Shown here piece after piece: positions 17,283-26,465 of a stretch of 64,000 nucleotides of DNA. The notes beneath the pieces are model-generated. The model saw only the letters and a program-made list of their open reading frames with translations, made no database searches and had not been told where the DNA came from. Within the stretch, counting starts at the first letter, position 1; each line of letters starts with the position of its first letter. The stretch is from Candidatus Saccharimonadales bacterium. GTDB taxonomy: Bacteria; Patescibacteriota; Saccharimonadia; Saccharimonadales; 2-12-FULL-41-12. The position numbers and the translations under genes are program-made. Where the stretch lies: positions 256,387 through 320,386 of the forward strand of contig JBFIJM010000001.1 in NCBI GenBank assembly GCA_041600715.1. Direction: 5' to 3'.

Positions 17283-18467
17283 CTATTTGTTGATTTTGGT
17301 AACTACACCAGCGCCAACAGTACGGCCACCTTCGCGGATGGCAAAGTTAAGACCTTGATCCATAGCGATCGGTGCAAGTAGCTTCACTTTGAAAGTGATA
17401 GTGTCGCCAGGCATGACCATTTCTTTGTCAGCTGGAAGTTCAACCTCACCAGTTACATCAGTAGTTCGGAAGTAGAACTGAGGCTTATAACCCTTGAAGA
17501 AAGGAGTGTGTCGACCGCCTTCTTCTTTTGTTAGGATGTACACTTCTGCATCAAACTCTGTGTGAGGAGTAATGCTACCAGGCTTACAAATAACTTGTCC
17601 GCGCTCGATATCATCACGCTCAACACCTCGAAGCAAGATACCGGCATTATCACCAGCTTGTCCTTGATCTAGGCTTTTCTTGAAAGCTTCGATACCAGTT
17701 ACAACTGATTTACGAGGTTCACGAATACCAACAATCTCAACTTCTTCGTTTACTTTAACAATACCAGTTTCGATACGACCGGTTGCAACGGTACCACGAC
17801 CTTTGATAGAAAATACATCTTCAATAGGCATAAGGAATGGCTTATCAAGTTCGCGAGTTGGCTCTGGAACGAATTCGTCCATAGCTTTGATTAGTTCCAT
17901 TATTGCGTCTTCGTTAGCTGAGTCGCCTTCAAGTGCTTTAGTAGCAGAACCCTTAATGATAGGAGCGTCTTCGTCGAAGCCGTTCTTTGCAAGAAGTTCA
18001 CGGATATCCATTTCTACTAGTTCAACAAGTTCTGGGTCTGCAAGATCCATTTTGTTCATAAATACTAGGATCTTAGGAACACCAACCTGCTTTGCAAGTA
18101 GTACGTGCTCACGAGTTTGAGGCAAAGGACCGTCGTTTGCGCCCACCACAAGGATAGCGCCATCAATCTGTGCTGCTCCTGTGATCATGTTCTTAACGTA
18201 GTCGGCGTGACCTGGCATGTCGACATGAGCATAGTGACGCTTTTCTGACTCATACTCTTGGTGAGAAGTGGCGATGGTAATACCACGCGCTTTTTCTTCT
18301 GGAGCGTTGTCGATCTCGTCATAATTTTTTGGTTTGTTAACAGCGCTTGGAAGTTTCTTTGCAAGCACGTGTGTGATAGCAGCAGTCAAGGTAGTCTTAC
18401 CGTGGTCAACGTGACCCATAGTACCGACGTTCACATGAGGCTTACTGCGGTCAAAAGTATCAGCCAT
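17283..18467 (-). CDS. tuf: Elongation factor Tu
   Basis: 394-aa ORF with [18 protein letters not shown] and NKMD G-motifs. The alignment spans the full length. Confidence 0.99.
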   Translation of the reverse strand: MADTFDRSKPHVNVGTMGHVDHGKTTLTAAITHVLAKKLPSAVNKPKNYDEIDNAPEEKARGITIATSHQEYESEKRHYAHVDMPGHADYVKNMITGAAQIDGAILVVGANDGPLPQTREHVLLAKQVGVPKILVFMNKMDLADPELVELVEMDIRELLAKNGFDEDAPIIKGSATKALEGDSANEDAIMELIKAMDEFVPEPTRELDKPFLMPIEDVFSIKGRGTVATGRIETGIVKVNEEVEIVGIREPRKSVVTGIEAFKKSLDQGQAGDNAGILLRGVERDDIERGQVICKPGSITPHTEFDAEVYILTKEEGGRHTPFFKGYKPQFYFRTTDVTGEVELPADKEMVMPGDTITFKVKLLAPIAMDQGLNFAIREGGRTVGAGVVTKINK

Positions 18468-18591
18468 TATAGCTCCTTCTTCTGGATATTATTATTTACT
18501 TATTTTGTATATGTGTGGCCATAGCAAAGCAATCGAACACACACATGTTACCGGACTATCTTAACCGATATCTGAGGTGTTGTAAAGAGTT

Positions 18592-18834
18592 TTATAGCTT
18601 CTGACGATGCTTCTGATATGCCAAACATAACCAGAGCAGTGAACTAACAGCTACCATAGCAGACGATATAAACAATTGAAGCGAATAAAACGTGGCGCTA
18701 AAAGAAGCTAGCACAAGTCCAGTAACAACACTGGTTCTTAGGTGGGGCTTATCAAGCTTGGATTTTAACGAAGGAATCAACGCCAGTGCTAGTAACAGGT
18801 TTCCCAGACTAAACACGCCGTCTTGCCAGCTCAT
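18592..18834 (-). CDS. Hypothetical small membrane protein (80 aa, about 3 TM segments)
   Basis: The track ORF 18592-18957 was trimmed to the ATG at 18832-18834 (MSWQDGVFSLGNLLLALALIPSL...), which follows the TAA of the upstream small ORF by 1 nt. It has three hydrophobic segments and a basic C-terminus. Confidence 0.5.
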   Translation of the reverse strand: MSWQDGVFSLGNLLLALALIPSLKSKLDKPHLRTSVVTGLVLASFSATFYSLQLFISSAMVAVSSLLWLCLAYQKHRQKL

Positions 18835-18835
18835 T

Positions 18836-19081
18836 TTAGAGGGGTAGCCCAGGGCTGAAAGTTGCTGATAAATCGACTGCCTCGAGTACAGGTCCTTGAG
18901 CACATCTTGCGCCACAGGTACCGTCAGGGTTTGGTCCCGAGCAGGTGATAACCGCACAATCCAGCAATGCTACTTTGCCAGGCCTTAATTTGCATAGATT
19001 TTCTAATTGTTCCTGAACTTCGCCTACCTTGAGAGCGCCAGTTCCTTCACCACACTCTTTACTGAGTCGATATTCTGGCAT
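18836..19081 (-). CDS. Hypothetical Cys-rich small protein (81 aa), weakly resembling a thioredoxin-like [2Fe-2S] ferredoxin
   Basis: It starts 5 nt after the fusA stop and contains 6 Cys. The segment GTCGARCAQGPVLE resembles, from memory, the C-x3-C-xxGP motif of thioredoxin-like ferredoxins. This is not verified. Confidence 0.45.
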   Translation of the reverse strand: MPEYRLSKECGEGTGALKVGEVQEQLENLCKLRPGKVALLDCAVITCSGPNPDGTCGARCAQGPVLEAVDLSATFSPGLPL

Positions 19082-19086
19082 ATCTA

Positions 19087-21171
19087 TTACTTCCCGTTTT
19101 TTGCAATTATTGCTTCCGTTACATTTGGCGGTACATCAGCATAGTGGTCAAGCTCCATGCTTGAGCTAGCTCGACCTTGCGTAGTGCTACGAAGTTCTGT
19201 GGTGTAACCGAACATTTCCCCAAGAGGCACAAACGCTGTAATCTGCTTAATACCGTTTGCAAGATCATCCATAGCTTCAATACGGCCACGCTTAGAGTTA
19301 AGGCCACCGATTACATCGCCCATAAACTCCTCTGGAGTTACAGCAACGACTTTCATTACAGGCTCAAGTAGTACTGGGGATGCCTTCTTAACACCTTCTT
19401 GCAGTGCCATAGAACCGGCAATTTTAAATGCCATTTCGTTGGAGTCAACATCATGGTAACTTCCGTCGTAAAGCTCTGCTTTAACATCAACCACCGGATA
19501 TCCTGCAAGAACACCACTGTTCATTGCCTCGATGATACCTTGCTCTACAGGCTTGATGTACTCACTTGGTACAGCTCCACCCTTAATAAGATTGATAAAC
19601 TCAAAGCCTTTGCCGGCTTCGTTCTGTGAAAGTCGGATCCATACGTGTCCGTATTGTCCACGCCCACCAGACTGTTTAACGAATTTGCCTTCTACCTCAA
19701 CGGCATCTTTTCGGATTGTTTCACGATACGCCACCTGAGGTTGGCCGATATTTGCCTCTACTTGGAACTCACGCTTCATTCGGTCTACTAGGATTTCAAG
19801 ATGAAGCTCGCCCATACCGCTGATGATAGTTTGACCAGTTTCATGATCAACCTTCACGCGGAATGTCGGATCTTCTTCTGATAAACGTTGTAGGGCAAGA
19901 CTCATTTTCTCTTGGTCAGATTTAGTTTTAGGCTCTATTGCAATCGATACAGGCGGTTCTGGGAATTCAATAGATTCAAGCTCGATAGGATTATTTGGAT
20001 CACATAGTGTATGCCCCGTAGTTGTACCCTTAAGACCAACGATCGCTGCGATATCTCCGGCAGTAACTTCTGATACGTCTTCGCGCTTATCGGCCTGCAT
20101 ACGTACAATACGTCCGATACGCTCTTTCTCGCCAGTAGAACTGTTGAGCACATAACTACCAGCGACCAACTTACCTGAGTAAACTCGGAAGTATGCCAAC
20201 TTACCAACAAAAGGATCGGTATTAATCTTGAAAGCTAGACCTGCAAGTGGTGCGGTTTCTTCAGGCTTTCGTTCAACTTCATCACCTGTTTTAGGGTGAG
20301 TGCCCCAGCTAGATCCACGATCAAGCGGACTAGGAAGATATTCTGTTGCGATATCAAGTAACTTTTCTACAATCACACCACGACCATCACCACCAGAAAC
20401 AGTAAAGAATGCGCCAGTCAATGTTGCAGTTCTGATGGCTTGCTTTATCTCGGCTTCACTGAGGCCTTCCTCGCCTACTTCAAAATATTTCTCAAGCATT
20501 TGTTCGTCTTCAGCGACAGCGTTTTCAATAAGCAGACTTCTGTATTTTTTAGCCTTATCGAGCATATCAGCAGGAATTTCTCCTTCGATCAGCTCTTTAT
20601 CTGTAAAGTCTTTATAGGTATATGACTTCATGCTCACTAGGTCGATAACGCCATTTATTTCTTGTTCGAATCCTATTGGAAGATGGATAGGAAAGGCACG
20701 TTTCGTAAGTCTGGCGTGGATTGTGTCTAACGATTTATAAAAATCACCACCGGTTTGATTAATCTTATTGATAAAGCAAATACGAGGCACATTGTAACCG
20801 TCAGCTTGTCGCCATACAGTTTCTGACTGTGATTCAACACCCATTTTACCGTCAAATACAGTTATAGCACCGTCGAGTACACGAAGTGATCGCTGTACTT
20901 CGACTGTAAAGTCGATATGCCCAGGTGTATCAATTATGTTAATCTGATGACCTTTCCAGTGGCAGGTCACTGCAGCGGATGCGATAGTAATACCGCGCTC
21001 ACGCTCTTGCTCCATAAAGTCAGTGGTAGTTCCACCTTCGTGAACCGCACCGATTTTATGCTTAAGCCCTGTACGGTACAAAATACCTTCAGTTGTTGTT
21101 GTCTTACCTGCATCAATGTGGGCAATAATCCCGATATTCCGCAATTTATCCATTGGTGTTGTCTTAGCCAT
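19087..21171 (-). CDS. fusA: Elongation factor G
   Basis: 694-aa ORF with [20 protein letters not shown] and NKINQ motifs. Full-length EF-G architecture. Confidence 0.99.
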   Translation of the reverse strand: MAKTTPMDKLRNIGIIAHIDAGKTTTTEGILYRTGLKHKIGAVHEGGTTTDFMEQERERGITIASAAVTCHWKGHQINIIDTPGHIDFTVEVQRSLRVLDGAITVFDGKMGVESQSETVWRQADGYNVPRICFINKINQTGGDFYKSLDTIHARLTKRAFPIHLPIGFEQEINGVIDLVSMKSYTYKDFTDKELIEGEIPADMLDKAKKYRSLLIENAVAEDEQMLEKYFEVGEEGLSEAEIKQAIRTATLTGAFFTVSGGDGRGVIVEKLLDIATEYLPSPLDRGSSWGTHPKTGDEVERKPEETAPLAGLAFKINTDPFVGKLAYFRVYSGKLVAGSYVLNSSTGEKERIGRIVRMQADKREDVSEVTAGDIAAIVGLKGTTTGHTLCDPNNPIELESIEFPEPPVSIAIEPKTKSDQEKMSLALQRLSEEDPTFRVKVDHETGQTIISGMGELHLEILVDRMKREFQVEANIGQPQVAYRETIRKDAVEVEGKFVKQSGGRGQYGHVWIRLSQNEAGKGFEFINLIKGGAVPSEYIKPVEQGIIEAMNSGVLAGYPVVDVKAELYDGSYHDVDSNEMAFKIAGSMALQEGVKKASPVLLEPVMKVVAVTPEEFMGDVIGGLNSKRGRIEAMDDLANGIKQITAFVPLGEMFGYTTELRSTTQGRASSSMELDHYADVPPNVTEAIIAKNGK

Positions 21172-21475
21172 CTATTGTTCCTTGTGCCATATCTTCATTA
21201 ATAATTGAACATTCATACCCTTGAATCATCCAGCCGCCTAAGCCATTACGACCGAGGAGCTTCATTGCACCTTCGCAAGGTCGCTTAAAAGCTTCTTCAC
21301 TAAGTTCGCTTATTGAAGCCTCTAGTTCCACAAGATCTTCTGCCATCCGTCGATCTACTTCTTCTTGAGGCAAATTTGCTGTTTCAATAAACTGCTTATC
21401 TTCAGAGTAGTCTGCCTTCGCAGGACAGTTTTGACATAGTTCTGGAAACTCAAAGCTTTTTAGTAATTCACCCAT
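21164..21475 (-). CDS. Hypothetical 103-aa acidic protein inserted between rpsG and fusA
   Basis: An AGGTGG Shine-Dalgarno lies 5 nt before the ATG at 21473-21475 ([20 protein letters not shown]...). The 3' end overlaps the fusA start by 8 nt (ATGGCTAA). I recognise no family. Confidence 0.6.
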   Translation of the reverse strand: MGELLKSFEFPELCQNCPAKADYSEDKQFIETANLPQEEVDRRMAEDLVELEASISELSEEAFKRPCEGAMKLLGRNGLGGWMIQGYECSIINEDMAQGTIDG

Positions 21476-21499
21476 TTTTTCCACCTAGTTGGGGGTTTT

Positions 21500-21608
21500 G
21501 GATATGGATGCAGTTTGGATTTTCTACTCGAAGCGCGGAAGAAGCGGTACGTTGACTGTACCGCGACTGAGCACTGGAGAGTAAAAATTCAAAATGCGCC
21601 ATATCCAT
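21500..21608 (-). other. Putative structured RNA element downstream of rpsG
   Basis: Long imperfect outer stem: 21500-21529 (GGATATGGATGCAGTTTGGATTTTCTACTC) pairs with 21579-21608 (GAGTAAAAATTCAAAATGCGCCATATCC). It encloses a perfect 7-bp hairpin, GCGGTAC-GTTGACT-GTACCGC (21544-21564). Confidence 0.4.
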
Positions 21609-21614
21609 AAGCCT

Positions 21615-22094
21615 CTAATATCGAGCGAAGTGGGCGAATGCTCTGTTGGCATCAGCCATCTTATGCGTATCTTCGCGCTTCTTAACTGCTGTACCGGTTT
21701 CGTTATATGCGTCCATGAGTTCAAGCGCAAGGCGATCCTCCATGCTCATGCCTTTTCGTGAGCGCGCAGCTTGAACAAACCACATAAGGGTAAGATGGTT
21801 CTGGCGTTGACCTTTAACCTCAAAAGGAATCTGGTAATTTGCGCCGCCAACACGACGTGAACGTGTCTCTACGTGTGGCTGTACGTTTTTCATAGCTTGC
21901 TCAAACACATCTAGTGGATTGTCTACCTTTAGCTTGTCGGCTGCCTTTTGCATACCACCATATACAAGTTTCTCGGCAATCTGTTTTTTTCCGTTGAGCA
22001 TAACTCGGTTGATAAGTCTTTGCACAGTAACGCTGTTATAAACTCGGTCAGGCTGAATATCTCGAACTAATGATGCAGTCTTTTTACGTGGCAT
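21615..22094 (-). CDS. rpsG: 30S ribosomal protein S7
   Basis: 159-aa ORF starting [21 protein letters not shown] and ending ...ANRAFAHFARY. Confidence 0.98.
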   Translation of the reverse strand: MPRKKTASLVRDIQPDRVYNSVTVQRLINRVMLNGKKQIAEKLVYGGMQKAADKLKVDNPLDVFEQAMKNVQPHVETRSRRVGGANYQIPFEVKGQRQNHLTLMWFVQAARSRKGMSMEDRLALELMDAYNETGTAVKKREDTHKMADANRAFAHFARY

Positions 22095-22507
22095 TACTTG
22101 CTCTCCTTCTTAGTTCCGTATTTTGATCGGCCCTGCTTGCGGTCTGATACACCTTGAAGATCTAGTGTGCCACGAACAATATGATAGCGGACACCTGGAA
22201 GGTCTTTTACACGACCACCACGAATCATAACAACAGCGTGTTCTTGTAGGTTATGGCCTTCTCCGCCAATATAAGCCCATACTTCGTATCCGTTCTGAAG
22301 ACGAACGCGAGCAACTTTACGAAGTGCAGAGTTTGGTTTTTTTGGAGTTTTGGTAGTTACCTTAACGCATACACCTCTTTTAAAGGGTGCTGGCTTCTCG
22401 TAGTTTTTTGTCTTTAAATTGTTCACCACACGGTGCAACGCCGGAGACTTACTCTTCGGCTTAGCTTTAGAGCGCGGTTTGCGCACTAACTGATTAATTG
22501 TTGGCAT
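22094..22507 (-). CDS. rpsL: 30S ribosomal protein S12
   Basis: 137-aa ORF starting [12 protein letters not shown], with ...[16 protein letters not shown]. Confidence 0.98.
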   Translation of the reverse strand: MPTINQLVRKPRSKAKPKSKSPALHRVVNNLKTKNYEKPAPFKRGVCVKVTTKTPKKPNSALRKVARVRLQNGYEVWAYIGGEGHNLQEHAVVMIRGGRVKDLPGVRYHIVRGTLDLQGVSDRKQGRSKYGTKKESK

Positions 22508-22619
22508 ATAACTCCTTTAGAGCTGTAATCTACCGCATCATTCCCTGCCAAGGAACGGCTCAGATTACTTAATTTGTAAATTTATTGTAACAGTTTTAGT
22601 AAGATCAATCAAGGACAGA

Positions 22620-25600
22620 CTAATACCTGTCCCTGAAAGGTCGATCGTTGGCTACTAGTTCTGCTTCGTGGGCTTCTTCTTCTGCCAGTTGTTCTGGAGT
22701 TCTGTAACCTGTACCTACTGGGATACGGCGTCCAAGAATAACGTTTTCCTTGAGACCAAACAAGTGATCAACCTTACCACTAGTTGCGGCGGCTATAAGG
22801 ACTCGAGTTGTGTCCTGGAATGACGCTGCGCTTAGGAATGAGTCAGTGCTTAGTGATGCCTTTGTAATACCTAGAAGCAACTGATTAAAGACGGCTGGTT
22901 CTTTTTTATCAGCGACGAGCTTGGCGTTAGCCTCGGCAACAGCAAGCTTACTTACTACGTCACCTGTAACGAACTCGCTATCTCCTGCATCCTCAATCTG
23001 GACACGACTAAACATCTGACGAACAATGATCTCTAGATGCTTGTCGGCAATATATTGACCTTGTGAAGCAAAGATACGTAGGATTTCGTTCATGATGTAT
23101 CGTTGCGTTGCCTCAACACCCTGTAGGCGCATTAAGTCATGTAGGTTTATAGACCCGTTTGTTAGACGCTGACCTGCAACGACTGAATCGCCATCCTTCA
23201 CGAGTATCTGCTTATAACTAGGTATTTCATACTTGATGATACTTTGACCGGCAGGAGTTATTGTGATTTGCTTCTTGGTCATACTAACTTTACCTGCGAC
23301 TGGCGCAACTAGAGGATTATCCCCGCCTTCACCAGATGCCACTACATCACCAACAGCAACTTCGGTTCCTGAGGCAACTTGCGGAGTACGGTCACCAATT
23401 ATCAGCTCAGAAACTTTAGCTTCATCATTAGTAACCTGCACTAGGTACTGGTTATCATCTTCCCATACAGCCACTTTACCTGGTATATCAGATAGGAATG
23501 CTTTACCTTTAGGTACGCGAGTTTCAAATAACTCTTCAACACGAGGAAGACCCTGCGTGATGTCATCAGCAACCGCAGCACCACCGGAGTGGAAGGTCTT
23601 AAGAGTTAACTGCGTTCCTGGCTCACCAATAGATTGAGCAGCGATTACGCCGATCGGACTATGGTCTGCCACCAACTCACCAGTTGCTGGATCAACACCA
23701 TAACTCTTTCGGTGAACACCGTGCACAGAGCTACAACTCAGTACGCTCATTACCCGTAGCTCTGTAATAGCTTCGTCAGCTTCAACTGCTTCAGCAGTTT
23801 CTAGGGTTATCAACTCACCCTTTTTAACATAACCCTTTACCGTCTCTGCGGAATAACGACCAACTAGTCGTGAACTAAACGAAACACCAATTTCTAAAGC
23901 ATCTGATCGATACATTGCAAATCCTGGATCTTCGATATCGCCATCGATAGTAAACACATCTTGTGATACATCGACCAAACGACGTGTTAAGTAGCCTGAA
24001 TCGGCAGTCTTTAGGGCGGTATCGATAAGACCTTTACGTTGACCACGGGTAGAGGTGAAGTATTCTAGCGGATTAAGTCCGTCACGGTAGTTACTCTTAA
24101 TAGGTAACTCCATAGCTCGTCCAGTAGCATCAGACAGTATACCTACTGAGCCAATAACTTGCTTAACCTGCACTACTGAACCACGGGCACCAGATACAAC
24201 TGCCATTGACATAGCATTGTCTTCTGTAGCGAACTGAGCTGATAGCGCTTTTTGTACAGCTGTATCAGAATCAGTCCAAGTCTCAATTGTTAACCTATAT
24301 CGTTCATCATTAGTAATGAAACCTTGATCATACTGGTCGCTAATAGCAGTAGCACGCTCTTCAGCCTTATTAAGGATGTTATCGAGCTCTTTAACGTCAA
24401 CGAAGTCGCTCATACCCATTGATATCGCAGCTTTGGTTGCGTATTCAAATCCAATGTCTTTCAGCGCGTCGGCTACTAGAGCGCTCTTTGCTTGGCCATA
24501 CTTCTGATAGATTTTAGCCATAACACTTGCTAACTTCTTCTTAGTCATTGTGTCGTCCTGGAATGCAAAATCTTCAGGGAAAATCTCGTTGAACAAGAAT
24601 CTACCTAGAGTAGAAGTACTCGTCGTGCCACGGAAAGGTAGCGTAACAGGGTCTTGAAGCTTAACACTGCCTTCATCGTAAGCCATTAGTGCTTCGTTAA
24701 GACCACTAAACGCTCGATTAACAGATTTACTACCCGGACGCTCATAGGTTAAGTAGTAGCATCCAAGAACAATATCTTGCTCAATATGCAGTATAGGAGT
24801 ACCGTCTGCAGGCTTAAGTAAGTTTTTATCAGCGGACATAATGTCACGCGCTTCTGCTTGAGCTTTGTCGCTTAGAGGCAGATGGACGGCCATCTGATCG
24901 CCATCAAAGTCAGCGTTAAAACCTTTACACACAAGAGGGTGAAGCTGAATAGCCTTACCTTCAATCAAGACTGGCTGGAATGACTGAATACCTAAACGGT
25001 GAAGTGTTGGAGCACGGTTTAGAAGGACGTACTTGTTCTTGATCACTTCGTCCAAAGCGTCCCAAACAACGGTTTCGCCTTGCTCGATCATTCGTGTAGC
25101 GCTACGGATATTATGTGCAAATTCTTGCTTAATCAACTGTCCGATAACAAAAGGCTTGAATAGTTCTAATGCCATCATCTTAGGTAGACCGCACTGGTGC
25201 ATTTTTAATTCTGGACCAGAAACAATTACTGAACGGCCAGAATAATCTACACGCTTTCCAAGCAAGTTCTGGCGGAAACGTCCTTGTTTACCCTTAAGCA
25301 TGTCACTTAGTGATTTTAGGCGCCTTCTCTGTCCTGTTGCAGCGACTGCTCGACCTGAGCGTGCTGAACTGTTGTCGATAAGCGCATCTACAGCTTCCTG
25401 GAGCATTCTTTGTTCGTTACGACGAATAACTTCAGGAGCATTAAGATCAATTAATTTTTTAAGACGATTATTACGGTTAATGACTCGACGATAAAGATCG
25501 TTTAAGTCGCTAGTAGCAAATCTACCACCCGTAAGTTGAACCATAGGACGTAGGTCTGGCGGGATCACTGGCAATACAGATACACACATACTTGATGGTT

Positions 25601-26465
25601 TGATTCCAGCTCGTTCCATGCTTTCAAGTAAGCGTAGACGTTTCATAATCTTCTTGCGTCGTTGACCTTTAGCATCCTGTGCCTCTTCGTACAAACCGGC
25701 AATGAGTTTAGCTAAATCGATCTCTTCTAGAAGATCTCTTAAAGCGTTACCGCCCATTCCAACAGTTATAAACTTACGAATTTCTGTAGGTAACGCGCGA
25801 TAGTCATTTTCGCTTAGGAGTCGAAGCTTCTCGAGACTTGTGAGTTGTTCCTTAAGAACTTCCCACTCTTCGTTTACTTCTTCAAGTTCTTTATTCTGTG
25901 CCTCTGCAAGCGCCTTAACATTTGCATCCTCTTTAGAAGCTTCTGCTTCATAACGAGCCTTAATCGCTTCATTCGCTGCCGAAAACTCTGCTTCTTTATC
26001 CATGAGCATCTGATCACGCTTAGCAACGTCAACGCTCTTAATAATATAGCTAGCAAAATAAGCGACACGCTCAAGATTCTTTACTGTTAAGCCTAACAAA
26101 AGTCCTACTGCACTTGGAGTCCCACGAAGGAACCAGATGTGCGCAACAGGGCTAGCAAGCTGAATGTGGCCCATTCGCTCACGTCTGACGATACTTCGGG
26201 TTACAAGTTCACCATTCTTGTCTACCGCTGCTTCACGTGAACGAACACCTTTATACTTTGCGTCGTGTGGATTTATGTCCTTAACTGGCCCAAAAATACG
26301 CTCACAGAATAGTCCATCCCGTTCAGGTTTTTGAGTCCTATAGTTAATTGTCTCGGGCTTTGTTACTTCACCATGGCTCCATTCTAAAATGTCACCTGGG
26401 CTAGCAACAGCTAGTCTTACTGCATCAAAGTCTGCAATATTTGTTCCAGAGTTATAACGGCGCAT
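22620..26465 (-). CDS. rpoC: DNA-directed RNA polymerase subunit beta'
   Basis: 1281-aa ORF with the catalytic NADFDGDQM motif. Its start overlaps the rpoB stop. Confidence 0.99.
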   Translation of the reverse strand: MRRYNSGTNIADFDAVRLAVASPGDILEWSHGEVTKPETINYRTQKPERDGLFCERIFGPVKDINPHDAKYKGVRSREAAVDKNGELVTRSIVRRERMGHIQLASPVAHIWFLRGTPSAVGLLLGLTVKNLERVAYFASYIIKSVDVAKRDQMLMDKEAEFSAANEAIKARYEAEASKEDANVKALAEAQNKELEEVNEEWEVLKEQLTSLEKLRLLSENDYRALPTEIRKFITVGMGGNALRDLLEEIDLAKLIAGLYEEAQDAKGQRRKKIMKRLRLLESMERAGIKPSSMCVSVLPVIPPDLRPMVQLTGGRFATSDLNDLYRRVINRNNRLKKLIDLNAPEVIRRNEQRMLQEAVDALIDNSSARSGRAVAATGQRRRLKSLSDMLKGKQGRFRQNLLGKRVDYSGRSVIVSGPELKMHQCGLPKMMALELFKPFVIGQLIKQEFAHNIRSATRMIEQGETVVWDALDEVIKNKYVLLNRAPTLHRLGIQSFQPVLIEGKAIQLHPLVCKGFNADFDGDQMAVHLPLSDKAQAEARDIMSADKNLLKPADGTPILHIEQDIVLGCYYLTYERPGSKSVNRAFSGLNEALMAYDEGSVKLQDPVTLPFRGTTSTSTLGRFLFNEIFPEDFAFQDDTMTKKKLASVMAKIYQKYGQAKSALVADALKDIGFEYATKAAISMGMSDFVDVKELDNILNKAEERATAISDQYDQGFITNDERYRLTIETWTDSDTAVQKALSAQFATEDNAMSMAVVSGARGSVVQVKQVIGSVGILSDATGRAMELPIKSNYRDGLNPLEYFTSTRGQRKGLIDTALKTADSGYLTRRLVDVSQDVFTIDGDIEDPGFAMYRSDALEIGVSFSSRLVGRYSAETVKGYVKKGELITLETAEAVEADEAITELRVMSVLSCSSVHGVHRKSYGVDPATGELVADHSPIGVIAAQSIGEPGTQLTLKTFHSGGAAVADDITQGLPRVEELFETRVPKGKAFLSDIPGKVAVWEDDNQYLVQVTNDEAKVSELIIGDRTPQVASGTEVAVGDVVASGEGGDNPLVAPVAGKVSMTKKQITITPAGQSIIKYEIPSYKQILVKDGDSVVAGQRLTNGSINLHDLMRLQGVEATQRYIMNEILRIFASQGQYIADKHLEIIVRQMFSRVQIEDAGDSEFVTGDVVSKLAVAEANAKLVADKKEPAVFNQLLLGITKASLSTDSFLSAASFQDTTRVLIAAATSGKVDHLFGLKENVILGRRIPVGTGYRTPEQLAEEEAHEAELVANDRPFRDRY

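Noticed and set aside
18592-18957. The 121-aa GTG-initiated version of the ORF between fusA and tuf, and the idea of a frameshifted single gene spanning 18592-19081.
   Set aside because: The long version overlaps the 81-aa ORF by about 120 nt. A two-gene model with TAA-A-ATG coupling at 18832-18838 explains both frames without invoking a frameshift. Some ambiguity remains.
21524-21730. The 68-aa ORF spanning the rpsG 3' end and the structured intergenic region.
   Set aside because: It overlaps rpsG out of frame and runs through the stem-loops. Interpreting the region as RNA structure is more parsimonious.
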